Assembly (NCBI GenBank): GCA_051313645.2
Contig: JBNRSN020000001.1
Coordinates: forward strand, 228,594,001 to 228,658,000
Direction: 5' to 3'
Length of the DNA stretch: 64,000 bases
Origin: Centroscyllium fabricii
Lineage: Eukaryota
In this document: piece after piece, positions 52,704 through 64,000 of the stretch
How positions within the stretch are numbered: position 1 is the first letter of the stretch
Layout: each line of letters begins with the position of its first letter
Program-made: the position numbers and the translations under genes
The notes under the pieces: generated by a model
Told to the model about the DNA's origin: nothing
What the model saw: only the letters and a program-made list of their open reading frames with translations
Databases searched by the model: none

Positions 52704-54535
52704 CTGCTCACCATGGAGTCTGGAACACTGACTGGTTCCTCCTGTGAAACCCCTTTTTATATACCAAATTCCCAACGCTGCCAGTACGCCATTATACGTT
52801 AGCTGTAAGTTAGAAACACGTTCAGTAAGGTCTGTGGTCGTCCGCAAGACGTCAAATACGTCTACATACGTCAATATGCGTTGGAGATACGTTGCACATA
52901 AGTTCAAAGCACGTTACTCATAGGTTAGACATAAGTTCCTGGAAAAATAGGCATTATTTCGACGTATTATGACGTATGACTAAAGTGTGTCAACGATCGC
53001 CTAACGTGCCTGCAACGTATGTTCAGCGTATGCTGAGCGTATAAAGAGTTACATTTATACGTCGTGATTTTTTGTGCATGCACAAAAAATCACGACTTAA
53101 ACGACGTATACAGCTTATGTCCAGCGTATGGCAACGTGCTCTTACCGTATGCATAACGTACCCATAACTTGTCCAACGTATACCAGCGTATCGGCCAAAT
53201 TTGCATACGCAAGCTAAAACGTCAAGGTGTGACAGGGCCTTTAGAATGCCTTTCGGGATAATATCTGCATCTGAAATCTTCCATAGAGCGATGGAACACA
53301 TAATTGAAGGTTTGGAAGGAGTTCGAGTCTACGTTCATGACATCATCATCTGGGGCTCCACACTGATGACATTATCATCTGGGGCTCCACACTGAAAGAA
53401 CACAATGAGAGACTGACTAAAGTGCTACAGAGCATACGCCGGAATGGACTGAAGCTCAACAAAGCCAAGTGTCAGTTTGGCGTCCAGGAAGTCACTTTCC
53501 TAGGAGATAATCTATCTGGTAAAGGAATAGAGTCAGATATGGAAAAAGTAAACGCCATACTCAACATGCCCAGACCTACTGACAAAAAAGGAGTACTACG
53601 CATAATGGGGATGATAAACTTCATTGATAAGTTCATTTCTAACTTGTCAGCCAAGACAGCCTGTCTGCGAGACTTGCTACACAAGACAAATGAGTTCACA
53701 TGGACAGAAAGAAACACATGAACAAGAGACGATGAACCTCAAAACAGCGCTGACAACCACACCTGTACTCTCCTTCTTTGACCCAACAAAGAGAATCAAA
53801 GTGTCAACAGATGCATCAAAAGATGGCTTAGGCATGGTCTTGCTACAAGCAGAGGGTGAAGACTGGAAGCCTGTTGCCTATGCCTCCAGGTCTATGACTG
53901 AATCTGAGTGTCGATACACCCAGATTGAAAAGGAATGTCTAGGCTTGGTAGTTGGACTAGAAAAGTTCCATGGCTACATATATGGACTTCCCACCTTCAC
54001 AGTTGAGACAGACCACCACCCACTGGTTGCCATCATAAAGAAAAACTTGAATGGGTTGTCTCCAAGGATTCAATGACTCATGATGAAACTGCAAAGATAT
54101 GACTTTGAACTGATCTACACACCAGGCAAACACATAGTGTTAGCAGATGCACCATCCCGAGCACCCACGGTGAGTCATGTGAGCTCTACTGAAGAAGACG
54201 TGGATGTTCATGTGTGTATGGTCACTGCTGCACTGCCCGTGTCAGACACAAAATCAAAGTAAATAGCAGAAGAAACAGTAAAAGATACAGTGTTACAAAC
54301 AGTGATAGAGAACATTCATCGTGGTTGGCCAAAACGTTCCTGTCCACAGTACTATCACGTAAGGTCAGAGTTGAGTGTCACAAATGGACTATTACTAAGA
54401 CAGAACAGAATAGTCATTCCACAGGCTCTCAAGCACATCAGCAAGCAGTGTCATAATACATGTCAAATCTACATCCGCCAGACGTGGGATTTCAAGGATT
54501 GTCGTTAGCGACAATGGTCCGTGCTTCAACTGTAA

Positions 54536-54655
54536 TAATAATAATAATAATTCAACTTTATTGTCATTATACAATGTACAAGTACATGAACAACGAAATG
54601 TGATCTTGCAAGCTCCCAAGAGTCCAGCAAAGCCGCTGCATCTGTGCGCGCCGCC
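54536..54655 (-). mobile_element. Short retroposed insertion in Gypsy integrase
   Basis: AATAAA and (TTA)n tail on the minus strand; ACTGTAA duplicated at 54529 and 54656; integrase resumes (SDNGPCFNC|KEWQQF). Confidence 0.75.
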
Positions 54656-56934
54656 ACTGTAAGGAGTGGCAACAGTTTACAGCACATTATGACTTTCAGC
54701 ATATCACATCAAGTCCTCTGTATGCTCAGTCAAATGATAAGGCAAAGAAAGGCATTCAAATTCTGAAACAGCTACTGAAGAAAGCAACAGACAGCAAGTC
54801 TGATCCTTATCTCGCTCTCTTGAGTTACCGAGCCTCACCATTGGAATGTGGTTCTTCACCTGCTGAACTACTAATGAATCGCAAGATACACACCACGCTA
54901 CCCTGCTGTGCAAAAGAAAAGCAGAGTAAGGATCTGAGACAGAGATTTCAACTGTTAAAGCTGAAACAGGAATCATACTATGACAAGTCATCAAAAGCTA
55001 AGAAACCATTGACAAGGGATGATGTTGTCAGGATTGAAGATCTAAATGCATGGAATAGGAAAGCTACAGTTCTTGAAGAAGTGGGACCAAGGTCATACAC
55101 TGTTAGAACTGAGGAAGGACAGATTATCAGGAGAAAACGCCGTTCCCTCCTGAAAACACAAGAAACATTCCAAGAGCAAATCGATGACGATGCCGCAAAT
55201 GAATCTTGTCAATCACCACCACAACAATCTCATACAAACACATCAGACTTACCTGTGTTGAGAAAATCCACACATGTAGTGAAAAAGCCTGAGAGACTTG
55301 ATCTTGTGTTCATAAAGTAAAGCTTTGAAGATGTGTTAACTGTTGTGAAGATGTTGAAAAAAATGTTTACTAACAAATGTGTTACTGATATTATCTTGGA
55401 AGTTGATTCTGATTTTTGTTTAACCTCAAAGGAAGGGGGATGTAATGATATATAAAAACATGTCATTCTATAATTGTCCACTAGATGGCGTTGCATGTAA
55501 AATAGTGTACTGCATCAATAGAGTGCTTCTCTTGTTTAAGGCACTGGACTTGTTGTTAAACATGGATGCCAGTCTACAACAATGTGAATTGTGAGTTCTG
55601 TATCATCTGTAAATAAATTAACTAGTTTGAAGCTAGCTGTTCATAATCTATATGTCTAAACATTAGTATGAACATGATAGAGTAGCTGTACTTATTAGGG
55701 ATAACATAATGGCAGTAGAAAAAAATGACGCAGCTATCAGCAGAACAAAAATAGAATCCATATGGATAGAGATAAAAGATAATAAAGGATCAATCACACT
55801 AATAGGTGTAGCCTACAGACCACCTAATAGTGGAAAGGAGGTGGAGGAACACATATGTAGACAAATTAGGGAAATGAGTAAAAACATAGAATAATAATCA
55901 TGGGGGATTTCAACTATCCTGATATTAATTGGACAGAAGAGGTAGGTAAAGGTGATAAGGGAATGGAGTTCCTACAATGTGTACAGGACTCCTTTCTTAC
56001 CCAATATGTAAAAAGCCCAACAAGGGAACGATTCACTATTGGATTTAGTAATGGGGAATAAACCAGAGAAGATAAGAGAAGTAAATGTAGGGGAACATCT
56101 ATGAAATAGTGACCATAATATGAAATGCTTTAAGATGATAATTGAGAAGGACATAAGTATGATGAAAACTGGGGTAATAGATTGGAGAAAAGCTGATTTT
56201 GAGGGGCTGAGAATAGAACTTGGGAAAATAAAATGGACAACAATATTGGCAATCAATGATGTAGAACAGCAATGGGAAACATTTAAAACGGTGTTCAACA
56301 GAGTGCAGGAACAATATATTCCACTAAAAGGAACGAACAAACAAAACACTAATGAGACTCCATGGATGACTAAAGCCATAAGGGAACAATTGAGGGTAAA
56401 GAAAGAGGCAGACATTAAGTACATAGACAGCAGGGAGTGGACGATAAGGGAGAATATGAAGAGATTAGGAGAGAAGTAAAAAAAAACAACTATGAAATTA
56501 CTATGAGGAGCTATGAAATTAAATTATCAAGGAACATAAAACAAAATAGTCAAATATTTTACAGGCTCATCAATAAAAAAGGAAGGTTGGGATGGGAATG
56601 GGGCCATTAAGGAATAGACAGGATAATACAGAATAGACAGCAGAAATGTTAAATAACTATTTTGCTTCATTATTTACCAGGGAGATAGAACAGCTGGACA
56701 TGACATTGGATGGTGAGATTAGTAATGAGAGAAGTGCATTTAAAATAAAAAGAGGGAATATATTAAATAAACTAATCAAACTCAAAGAGGATAAAACCCC
56801 TGGTCTGGATGGATTGCACCCATGCAATTTATAAGATTCTAGGGAGGAAATAGCAGAGGCATTACTACACACATTTAGTAATTCCTTAGAAAAAGGTTTA
56901 GTGCCAGAGGACTGGTGGATAGCTAATGTACTAC

Positions 56935-57242
56935 TGTGGCAGGTTCACTGTCTGATTGTATATATTTGGGGTGTACATAATTCTCTTTAACAAAGTCCTA
57001 ACACCAGCCGGACATTCGACCATGGTGTTAGGCATTTCTGTATTGTAAATGTATTATCTGTATGTACGGGGCGTGGCCCCGTTAGGAGCGTGGGAAAACG
57101 CGGCCCAACGTGATGACGTCATCACGTTGGGCACGGGGCTGCCCTGGTAGTCCCTGTGGAGTTCACATTGAGTAAAGACCTGTTTTTGAATCATTCCTCT
57201 GCGTAGACCTCGTTTTTTGTTAGAGATCAGCTGATGTCTACA
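56935..57242 (+). mobile_element. Solo LTR (308 bp) inserted in CR1
   Basis: TGTGGCAG...CTACA ends, CTAC/ATAC 4-bp flanks, AGTAAA signal; the CR1 frame ANV|IPIF is restored on removal. Confidence 0.8.
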
Positions 57243-57751
57243 ATACCTATATTCAAGAAGGGAAATAGAACATATCCAGGGAACTGTAGGCCAGTCAGCT
57301 TAACATCGGTGGTAGGAAATATAATGGAATCCCTGCTGAAGGAGAAAATAGTAGTACATCTAGAAACCAGGAATATAGCAATGAATAGTCAGCATCAATT
57401 TGAAAAGGGGGAAAATCTTGCTTGACCAACCTCATTAATTTTTATTAAAGAGGTAACAGAGAGAGCAGAGAATGGTAATGCAGTAGGCACAATTTATCTA
57501 GATTTTCAAAAGGCCTTCAATAAGGTACACCATAATAGACTGATGAACAAGGTCAGAGAATGTGGAGTCAGGAGACAAGTAGCAAAATGGATAGCTAGCT
57601 AGCTTCAAGACAGAAAGCAGAGAGTAGGGGTAAATGGTAGCTATTCACAGTGGCAGAAGGTGGGTAGTGGTGTTGCACAAGGATCAGTGCTGGGACCACA
57701 GTTGTTCACAATTTATATTAACGATTTAGACTTTGGAATCAAAAAAACCAT

Positions 57752-58493
57752 GGGGCAGAGATTCCGATCCCTACGGGTGAGTACACGCTGTGTACTCACC
57801 CGTAGGGACATCGGAAATGACGGTTTCAGGCATGCACTGCGCAGGTGCTGGAAACCGGCATTTCCGATCTGCCAAGAAAGCTCCCGACAGATCCTCCGGC
57901 TGCCCGGAGAAGGGCCTCTGCAGGCGGAGAGTTCCGCTTTTTGGAGACCCTCCGCCCGCAGAAAACACATACAATTCTTGCGCCTGGTAAAAGCAGACGT
58001 AACCTGCTTTTACCAGGATAAGAGTTGAAAAAAAGTTTTTTAAAATTCCACTGATTTATCATTTAAAAATAGAAAGGTAAGTTTATTTTTGGTCCTGTTA
58101 AAAACTTTAATTTTTTTCAAAAAATAAAAATTTTGTTTAAAATACTTAATTTATTGTAATTTAAAGTCATTTTAAAAATGTGATTTTTCAAAAAAAATTA
58201 TTTAAAATGTTACTATGTTTTGGGGGTGATCTCTAGTCATATATTTGACAGGTCTTCCTGTCAAATGTATGAAGGGAGATTCCCTTATCTGATTGGCTCT
58301 CCATGGCCCACGTGATCCCAGGGACGCTGCGCACCGCCTGTGCTCCTGGGATACGTGGGCCCTGCGCACCGGCAGTTTGGAGAGACCCAGGAGCGGAACT
58401 CTGCGCCTCCCAGGAACCCTCCGGTCTTGGCACAGATCTTTCCAGATCGCAGCCCTCCGCCCGCGGAAGGCCTGCGATCGGAATATCTGGACC
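57752..58493. mobile_element. Harbinger-type MITE family A inserted in CR1 RT
   Basis: Ends GGGGCAGAGATTCC / GGAATATCTGGACC; interrupts GIKKT|ISKFADD. Confidence 0.78.
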
Positions 58494-59734
58494 AATTTCT
58501 AAATTTGCGGATGACACCAAATTGGGGGGAATAGTCAATACTGAGGAGGACTGCAACAAATTACAGGAGAACATTAATAGACTTGCAGAATGGGCATATA
58601 ATTGGGAAATGAAATTCAACACAGATAAATGTGAGATATTATATTTTGGTAGGAAGAATAGGGAGGTCACTTATTACTTGGAAAATAGCGGGGTCACATA
58701 TTACATGGAAAATAAGAATCTAAATGGGGCAGAGGAGTATAAATACACAAATCACTAAAAGTTGAGATACAGATTAGCGAGGCCATAAATAAAGCAAATT
58801 GAGCACTGGGTTTATTTCTAGAGGTACAGAATTGAAAAGTAGAGAAGTTATGCTAAACCTGTATCGAACCTTGGTTAGACCTCACTTGGAGTACTGATTA
58901 CAGTTCTGGTCGCCATATTATAAAAAGGATATAGAGGCACTGGAGAGGGTGCAGAGAAGATTTACAAGGATGATACCAAAAATGCAAGGGTATACATATC
59001 AGGAAAGGGTGAACTTGCTGGGTCTCTTTTCTCTTGAAAAAAGAAGGCTAAGGGGTGACCTAATAAAGGTCTTTAAAATTATGAAAGGTTTTGATCGAGT
59101 GGATACAGAGAGAATGTTTCCACTTGTGAGGAAGAGCATTACTGGAGGCCATCAATATAAGATAATCACCAAGAAATCTAATAGGGAATTCAGAGGAAAC
59201 TTCTTTACCCAAAGAGCGGTGAGAATGTGGAACTCGCTACCACAGGGAGTGGTTGAAGCAAAAATGTATAGATGCATTTAAGGGGGGGCTAGACAAGAAT
59301 ATGAGGGAGAGGGAATAGAGGGTTATGCTGATAGATTTAAATGAGGAAAGGCAGGAGGAGGCTTGAATGGAGCAATAAACGCCGGCATGGACTGGTGGAG
59401 CTGAATGACCTGTTTCTGTGCCGTATATCCTATATCCTATGTTATGCCAGAGGAAAAGAGATGGGAGACAAGCTTTTAAATTTTCTCTTTACATGCAACT
59501 AAAGCTTCAGAGTTAGAAATTATTTTCCTATAATTTCAAAATCCGTAAGATGTATTTAGAAGTACCAATCCTTTGTAGTTATATTATCACTTTTGCAAGC
59601 AATGCAAAAATTACAGAATAATCCCCGAATCAGATTCCAACCTGACTCCAGATGCAGCAGTGTACGACCTCCTGGAGGGGGCAGTGCTGAGAGTGCTTGG
59701 GTTTGACACCAGATGCAGTATAATTCCAGTGCAT

Positions 59735-60311
59735 GCAAAGCCTTTATAAACAGTAGTCAGGCCACAGCTAGAGTACTATGTACAATTCTGGTCACCACAT
59801 TACAGGAAAGATATGATTGCACTAAAGAGGATACATGGAAAATTTGAGGATGTTGCCAAGACTGGAGAATTTTAGCTATGAGGAAAGATTGGATAGGCTG
59901 GGGTTGTTTTCTTTGGAATAGAGGAGGCTGAGGGGAGATTTAATTGAGGTGTATACAATTATATGGGGCCTAGATAGAGTGGATAGGAAGGACCTATTTC
60001 CCTTAGCAGAGAAGTCAATAACCAGGGGTCATAGATTTAAATAATTGGTAGAAGGGCTAGAGGGGAGTTGAGGAGAAATGTTTTCACCCAAAGGGTGGGT
60101 AGGGTCTGGAACTCACTACCTGAAAGGATGATAGAGGCAGAAACTCTCATCACATTTAAAAATGACTTGGATATGCATTTGATGTGCCATAACCTACATG
60201 GAATTGGACCAACAACTGGAAAGTGGGATTAGGCTGGATAGCTCTTTTTTAGCTGGCACAGATGGGCCGAATGGTCTCATTCTATGCCGTAAACTTCTAT
60301 GATTCTATGAT
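59735..60311 (+). mobile_element. CR1 3' fragment, degenerate
   Basis: VRPQLEY..QFWSP remnant and TTCTATGA tail. Confidence 0.82.
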
Positions 60312-60464
60312 TTGTCTTTTAAACAGTAAACTGTCCTGGAGCCGGGCAAAGGAGCAAATGAAAGAGCAGTACTATAGCACTATCACAGCAGATATCTGTA
60401 CACACCACTGGGCTTTACAATGGAGAAGAAGCAAATCTCAATGATCTTTGGAATGAAAAAAAGA

Positions 60465-60695
60465 AAGACTTGCATTTATATAGCACCTTTCACGATCACT
60501 GAATGTCTCAAAGTGCTTTACAGCCAATTAAGTACTTTTGAAGTGGAGTCGCTGTTATAATGTAGGAAACACGGCTGCCATTTTGCGCACAGCAAGGTCC
60601 CAGAAACAGCAATGTGATAATGACCAGATAGTATGTTTTAGTGATGTTAGTTGAGGGATAAATATTGGCCAGGGCACCAGGGATAACTCCCCTGA
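60465..60695 (-). mobile_element. DeuSINE 3' half
   Basis: Reverse complement of 15650-15870. Confidence 0.7.
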
Positions 60696-61154
60696 GAGAG
60701 GACATTTAGCCCATCTTAATTCATTCAGCCAGAACAACCCTACACTCCCCATTGCCCTTCCCCCATTGCAGCATCTAATTATTTCTTAAATGTTTCACCA
60801 CTGCCCTAATGTTCAATTTAAGGTGTTAATCACTTTCTCTACCTTTTACTAGTTTGAACCTTGTGTCTCCTTTACTAGTCCCACAGTTTAACTTAAATAA
60901 GTATTCCAGACAAACCTTTTCCATACCATTTACAATCTTGTACACCTCTAAGATCACCTCTCGGATGCCTCCTTCCCATGCTGAAAAGCCCAAACATCAC
61001 CATTTCTCATAACTAAGATCCTTGACACTAGGGATCAGCCTCGTGATTCTTTCACTGCTTCCATCATTTGAATGTTTTCCTTGTTTCTCAGCGACCAGAA
61101 CTGGATGCAGTAATCAAGTATGGTCTGACCAGAGCACTGTACAGTTTGATTATG

Positions 61155-61568
61155 CAAGAAGTCACACAACACCAGGTTATAGTCCAACAGTTTTATTTGA
61201 AATCACAAGCTTTCGGAACGCTGCTCCTTCCTCAGGTGTAAGAGAAGTCATTTAAACACAACATATATACGAGGGAGAGAGCAGTCTAATCTTTCCAACA
61301 TCACACCTCAGCAGAGAGACATACAAAGCGAACCAAGGCGAACACCTTTGTTCGCTTTGTATGTCTCTCTGCTGAGGTGTGATGTTGGAAAGATTAGACT
61401 GCTCTCTCCCTCGTATATATGTTGTGTTTAAATGAATTTCTCTTACACCTGATGAAGGAGCAGCGCTCCGAAAGCTTGTGATTTCAAATAAAACTGTTAG
61501 ACTATAACCTGGTGTTGTGTGACTTCTTGCATTTGTCCACCCCAGTCCTACACCGGCACCTCCACATC
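61155..61568 (+). mobile_element. Penelope-like fold-back element
   Basis: Inverted ~190-bp arms, 36-nt unpaired 3' tail, 14-bp TSD ACAGTTTGATTATG, hammerhead cores. Confidence 0.8.
61445..61481 (+). ncRNA. Putative minimal type I hammerhead ribozyme
   Basis: CTGATGA-A-GGAGC-AGC-GCTCC-GAAA followed by palindromic AAGCTT. Confidence 0.6.
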
Positions 61569-62374
61569 ACAGTTTGATTATGACTGACTTTTATTCTACT
61601 GTTTTGTCTACATTGTTCAACATGCTATTTTACTGCTCTGTCTTCATTAGATATGTTGAGCCTTCTAAAACTCCTGCGTCTCTTGTGTCCAATGTCGCTA
61701 CTTCAACAAGTAACTTGAGTTGGACATTTTCCTTTCTATATTCAGCACTTGAAATTTGTCTGCATTCTATCTTATCTGTCATTGTATGGCCCACATATTT
61801 TGTTCAACCCATTCTATGATTTCTGGGCTGCCTCTTTCGATTCCACTGCCCCATCTAGTTTGGTTTTATCTGCAAATGTGATCAATTTGCATTGAGTTTT
61901 TCAATTTAAATTGTTGATGAAAATTAGAAAATGTTATGGTCTAAATACTGAGCCCGAGGGCACCTTGCTCAGTACGTCCCACGACCTTGATTTTTTTGGA
62001 TGACCTCAAGTTTATGAAAGGTGGAAGGTGGGAGGCCGGCCGGCCGGCAGAGTATTGGAATAGTTGAGTTTGGATCGTTGCAGATAGCTTAAACTCTATA
62101 TGTAAACAATGTGTAGCCTGGCCCAGAAGCCAGCTGCTCACGACTTCTTTGCAGAAATTGTACTGTTCACCATTTGCAGAATTATAGGTTTCGTTTTCCA
62201 CCCATAGAGGTTAATAACAAAATGGAACCTAATACAAATGGATTATTTTACTTTGTCTCAGTCTTAATCTCTAACAGCAGCACTCAATACTGAACTGAAG
62301 CATTAGCTTAGATTATGTGCTTAAGTGCTGTAGTAGAGCTTGAATCCACAACCTCTGACTCAGAGATGAGTTTT

Positions 62375-63170
62375 TAAAATTCATTCATGAAATGTGAGCG
62401 TCGCTCACAAGGGCAGCATTTATCGCCCATCACTAATTGCTCTTGAGAAGGTGGTGGTGAGCTGCCTTCTTGAACCTCTCGAGCCTGTGAGTTGAAGGTG
62501 CTCCCACAGTGCTGCAAGGGAGGGAGTTCCAGGATTTTGACCCAGCAGTGATGAAGGATCGATGATATATTTCCAATTCAGGGTGGTGTGTGATCTGAAG
62601 GGGAACCTGGAGGTGGTGGTGTTTCCATGCGCCTGCTGTCCTTGTCCTTCTAGGCGGTAGAGGTCACGGGTTTGGGAGGTGCTGTTGCAGAAGCCTTGGC
62701 AGTGCGTCTTGTAGATGGTACACACTGCAGCTATGGTGCGCCAGTGGTGGAGGGAGTGAATATTTAAGGTGGTTGATGAGGTGCCAATCAAGTGGGCTGC
62801 TTTGTCCTGGATGGTGTCGAGCTTCTTGAGTGTTGTTGGAGCTGCACTCATCCAGGCAAGTGGAGAGTATTCCATCACACTCCTGACTTGTGCCTTGTAG
62901 ATGGTGGAAAGGCTTTGGGGAGTCAGGAGGTGAGTCACTCGCCGCAGAATTCCCAGCCTCTGGCCCGCTCTTCTAGCCACAGTATTTATGTGGCTGCTCT
63001 AGTTAAGATTTTGGTTAATGGTGACCCCCAGAATATTGATGGTTGGGGAATCAGCGATGGTAATCCTGTTGAATGTCAGGGGGAAGTGGCTGGACATGGT
63101 CTTTGCCTAGCACTTGTGTGGTGCAAATGTAATTGCCACTTATCTGCCAAGCCTGAATGTTGTCCAGGAC
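62375..63170 (-). mobile_element. CR1/L2-group LINE RT 3' fragment
   Basis: ORF 62420..62980 with IYKAQVRSVMEYSPLAW. Confidence 0.82.
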
Positions 63171-63628
63171 AGTTCAGGAGAGTACTATCAACTGAACCAA
63201 GCTGACACAAAATATGTTTTTTTCTTCATTACTTTAGCTTCACCACCTTATTTTTGCACTATGTTGATCCTTTCTGTTGATCCTTGTTTAACCTACCTCA
63301 GAAAGTTTACCAATGTTGCACTGCTGAATGAATCCATGCACAAGTAATGATAATTGAAAATGTTTCTCTTGGCAGGATGATATTCAGTACATTGGTGTCA
63401 GAAATTTTACAGATAGGTCCTCAGGACAGCCATTAATTTCAAGCTTTGTTTTTAGTTTGAGATTTTAGAACTCTCTCCCTTGGGATTTTGAAGCTCCAGT
63501 TACATGTGCCCGCATGGCACAAAAAGTGATATACTTTTCTGTATTTTGTTTTGTAAGTTTTAAAGTTATGAGTCAAATAAGAAAATAAATTATTGTACTA
63601 ATAATTTTGCCCAACTATGCTCTTACAG

Positions 63629-63759
63629 TTTGTTGTGTTGCTGTGAGAAATTGCCTGGAATGTCGCCAGAGGCAAAGGGACAGGATGACAAAGACTTCAC
63701 TAGCTAGTAACAAGGCCCAAGACAATTTTCACAGCATAACAGGATCCAATGCAGCCAAG
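63629..63759 (+). CDS. NBEA: Neurobeachin coding exon (CCVAVRNCLECRQRQRDR...NAAK)
   Basis: tcttacag acceptor and AAG|gtaacg donor; phase 1-0. Confidence 0.94.
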
Positions 63760-64000
63760 GTAACGCAACATAAGACAGATATTGTATATTATATTTCTGC
63801 ATTTAGTCTCAAAAAGCTGGCTTACCATTTTTGATATGGGACCAAAAACACTCCATTGTGGTCTACACATTACAAATTGCACCATTTCATTAAATAAATT
63901 AAAAATTGTGTGAATAACAGTTCAACAAATTCTGTATACTTTAATTTCTTCCCCTTCTTCCAATTTTGCATATTGTCTCACTTAACTCTAGGTATTCTGA

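Larger units (their letters stand above)
50751..53240 (-). mobile_element. Young PIF/Harbinger DNA transposon inserted in Gypsy RT
   Basis: 42-bp TIRs (AGGCCCTGTCACACCT..., 4 mismatches); TAA/TTA flanks; the empty site restores YCFLRMPFG. Confidence 0.93.
48568..55679 (+). mobile_element. Ty3/Gypsy LTR retrotransposon, Mag-like, decayed
   Basis: LTRs 48568-48807 and 55441-55679 (about 8 differences); GAGTA 5-bp TSD; PBS TGGTACCAGGA; PPT AAAGGAAGGGGGA; gag from 48891 with two Cys/His knuckles; LDTGA protease; RT, RNase H and integrase fragments. Confidence 0.93.
46750..59441 (+). mobile_element. Near full-length degenerate CR1 LINE, split by nested insertions
   Basis: ORF1 esterase (VIGDSIIRG, VVHVGTN), endonuclease running across the Gypsy (REGKKG..GVAVLIRD), RT, and TCCTAT tail. 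Confidence 0.88.

Noticed and set aside
52704-52907. N-terminal extension of the 432-aa ORF
   Set aside because: It starts at a non-ATG codon upstream of the TATA box, within subterminal repeats.
63940-64000. Pyrimidine tract and TAG near the window end as the next NBEA acceptor
   Set aside because: In the required phase 0 it reads GTA TTC TGA (stop), and too little sequence remains to judge.

Overview
Vertebrate genomic DNA, most likely from a shark or other cartilaginous fish (inferred from HE1-type V-SINEs, SacSINE1-type DeuSINEs and abundant CR1 LINEs). The window lies inside the neurobeachin (NBEA) gene on the + strand. Seven consecutive coding exons splice in frame: 10029-10221, 14378-15394, 24418-24635, 28208-28361, a 9-nt GSK microexon at 38954-38962, 41309-41489 and 63629-63759. 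The introns are mostly transposable elements: a young CsRn1-type Gypsy element disabled by one stop codon; a decayed Mag-type Gypsy inside a CR1, which itself hosts a young Harbinger with an apparently intact spliced transposase; older Harbinger relics and their MITEs; TA-flanked Tigger/pogo-like MITEs rich in GCGCATGCGC; many CR1/L2/Rex1 fragments; SINEs; and Penelope-like pieces with hammerhead cores, one a ~190-bp fold-back. No prokaryotic features are present. All calls were made by eye without database searches; boundaries of old repeats are approximate.
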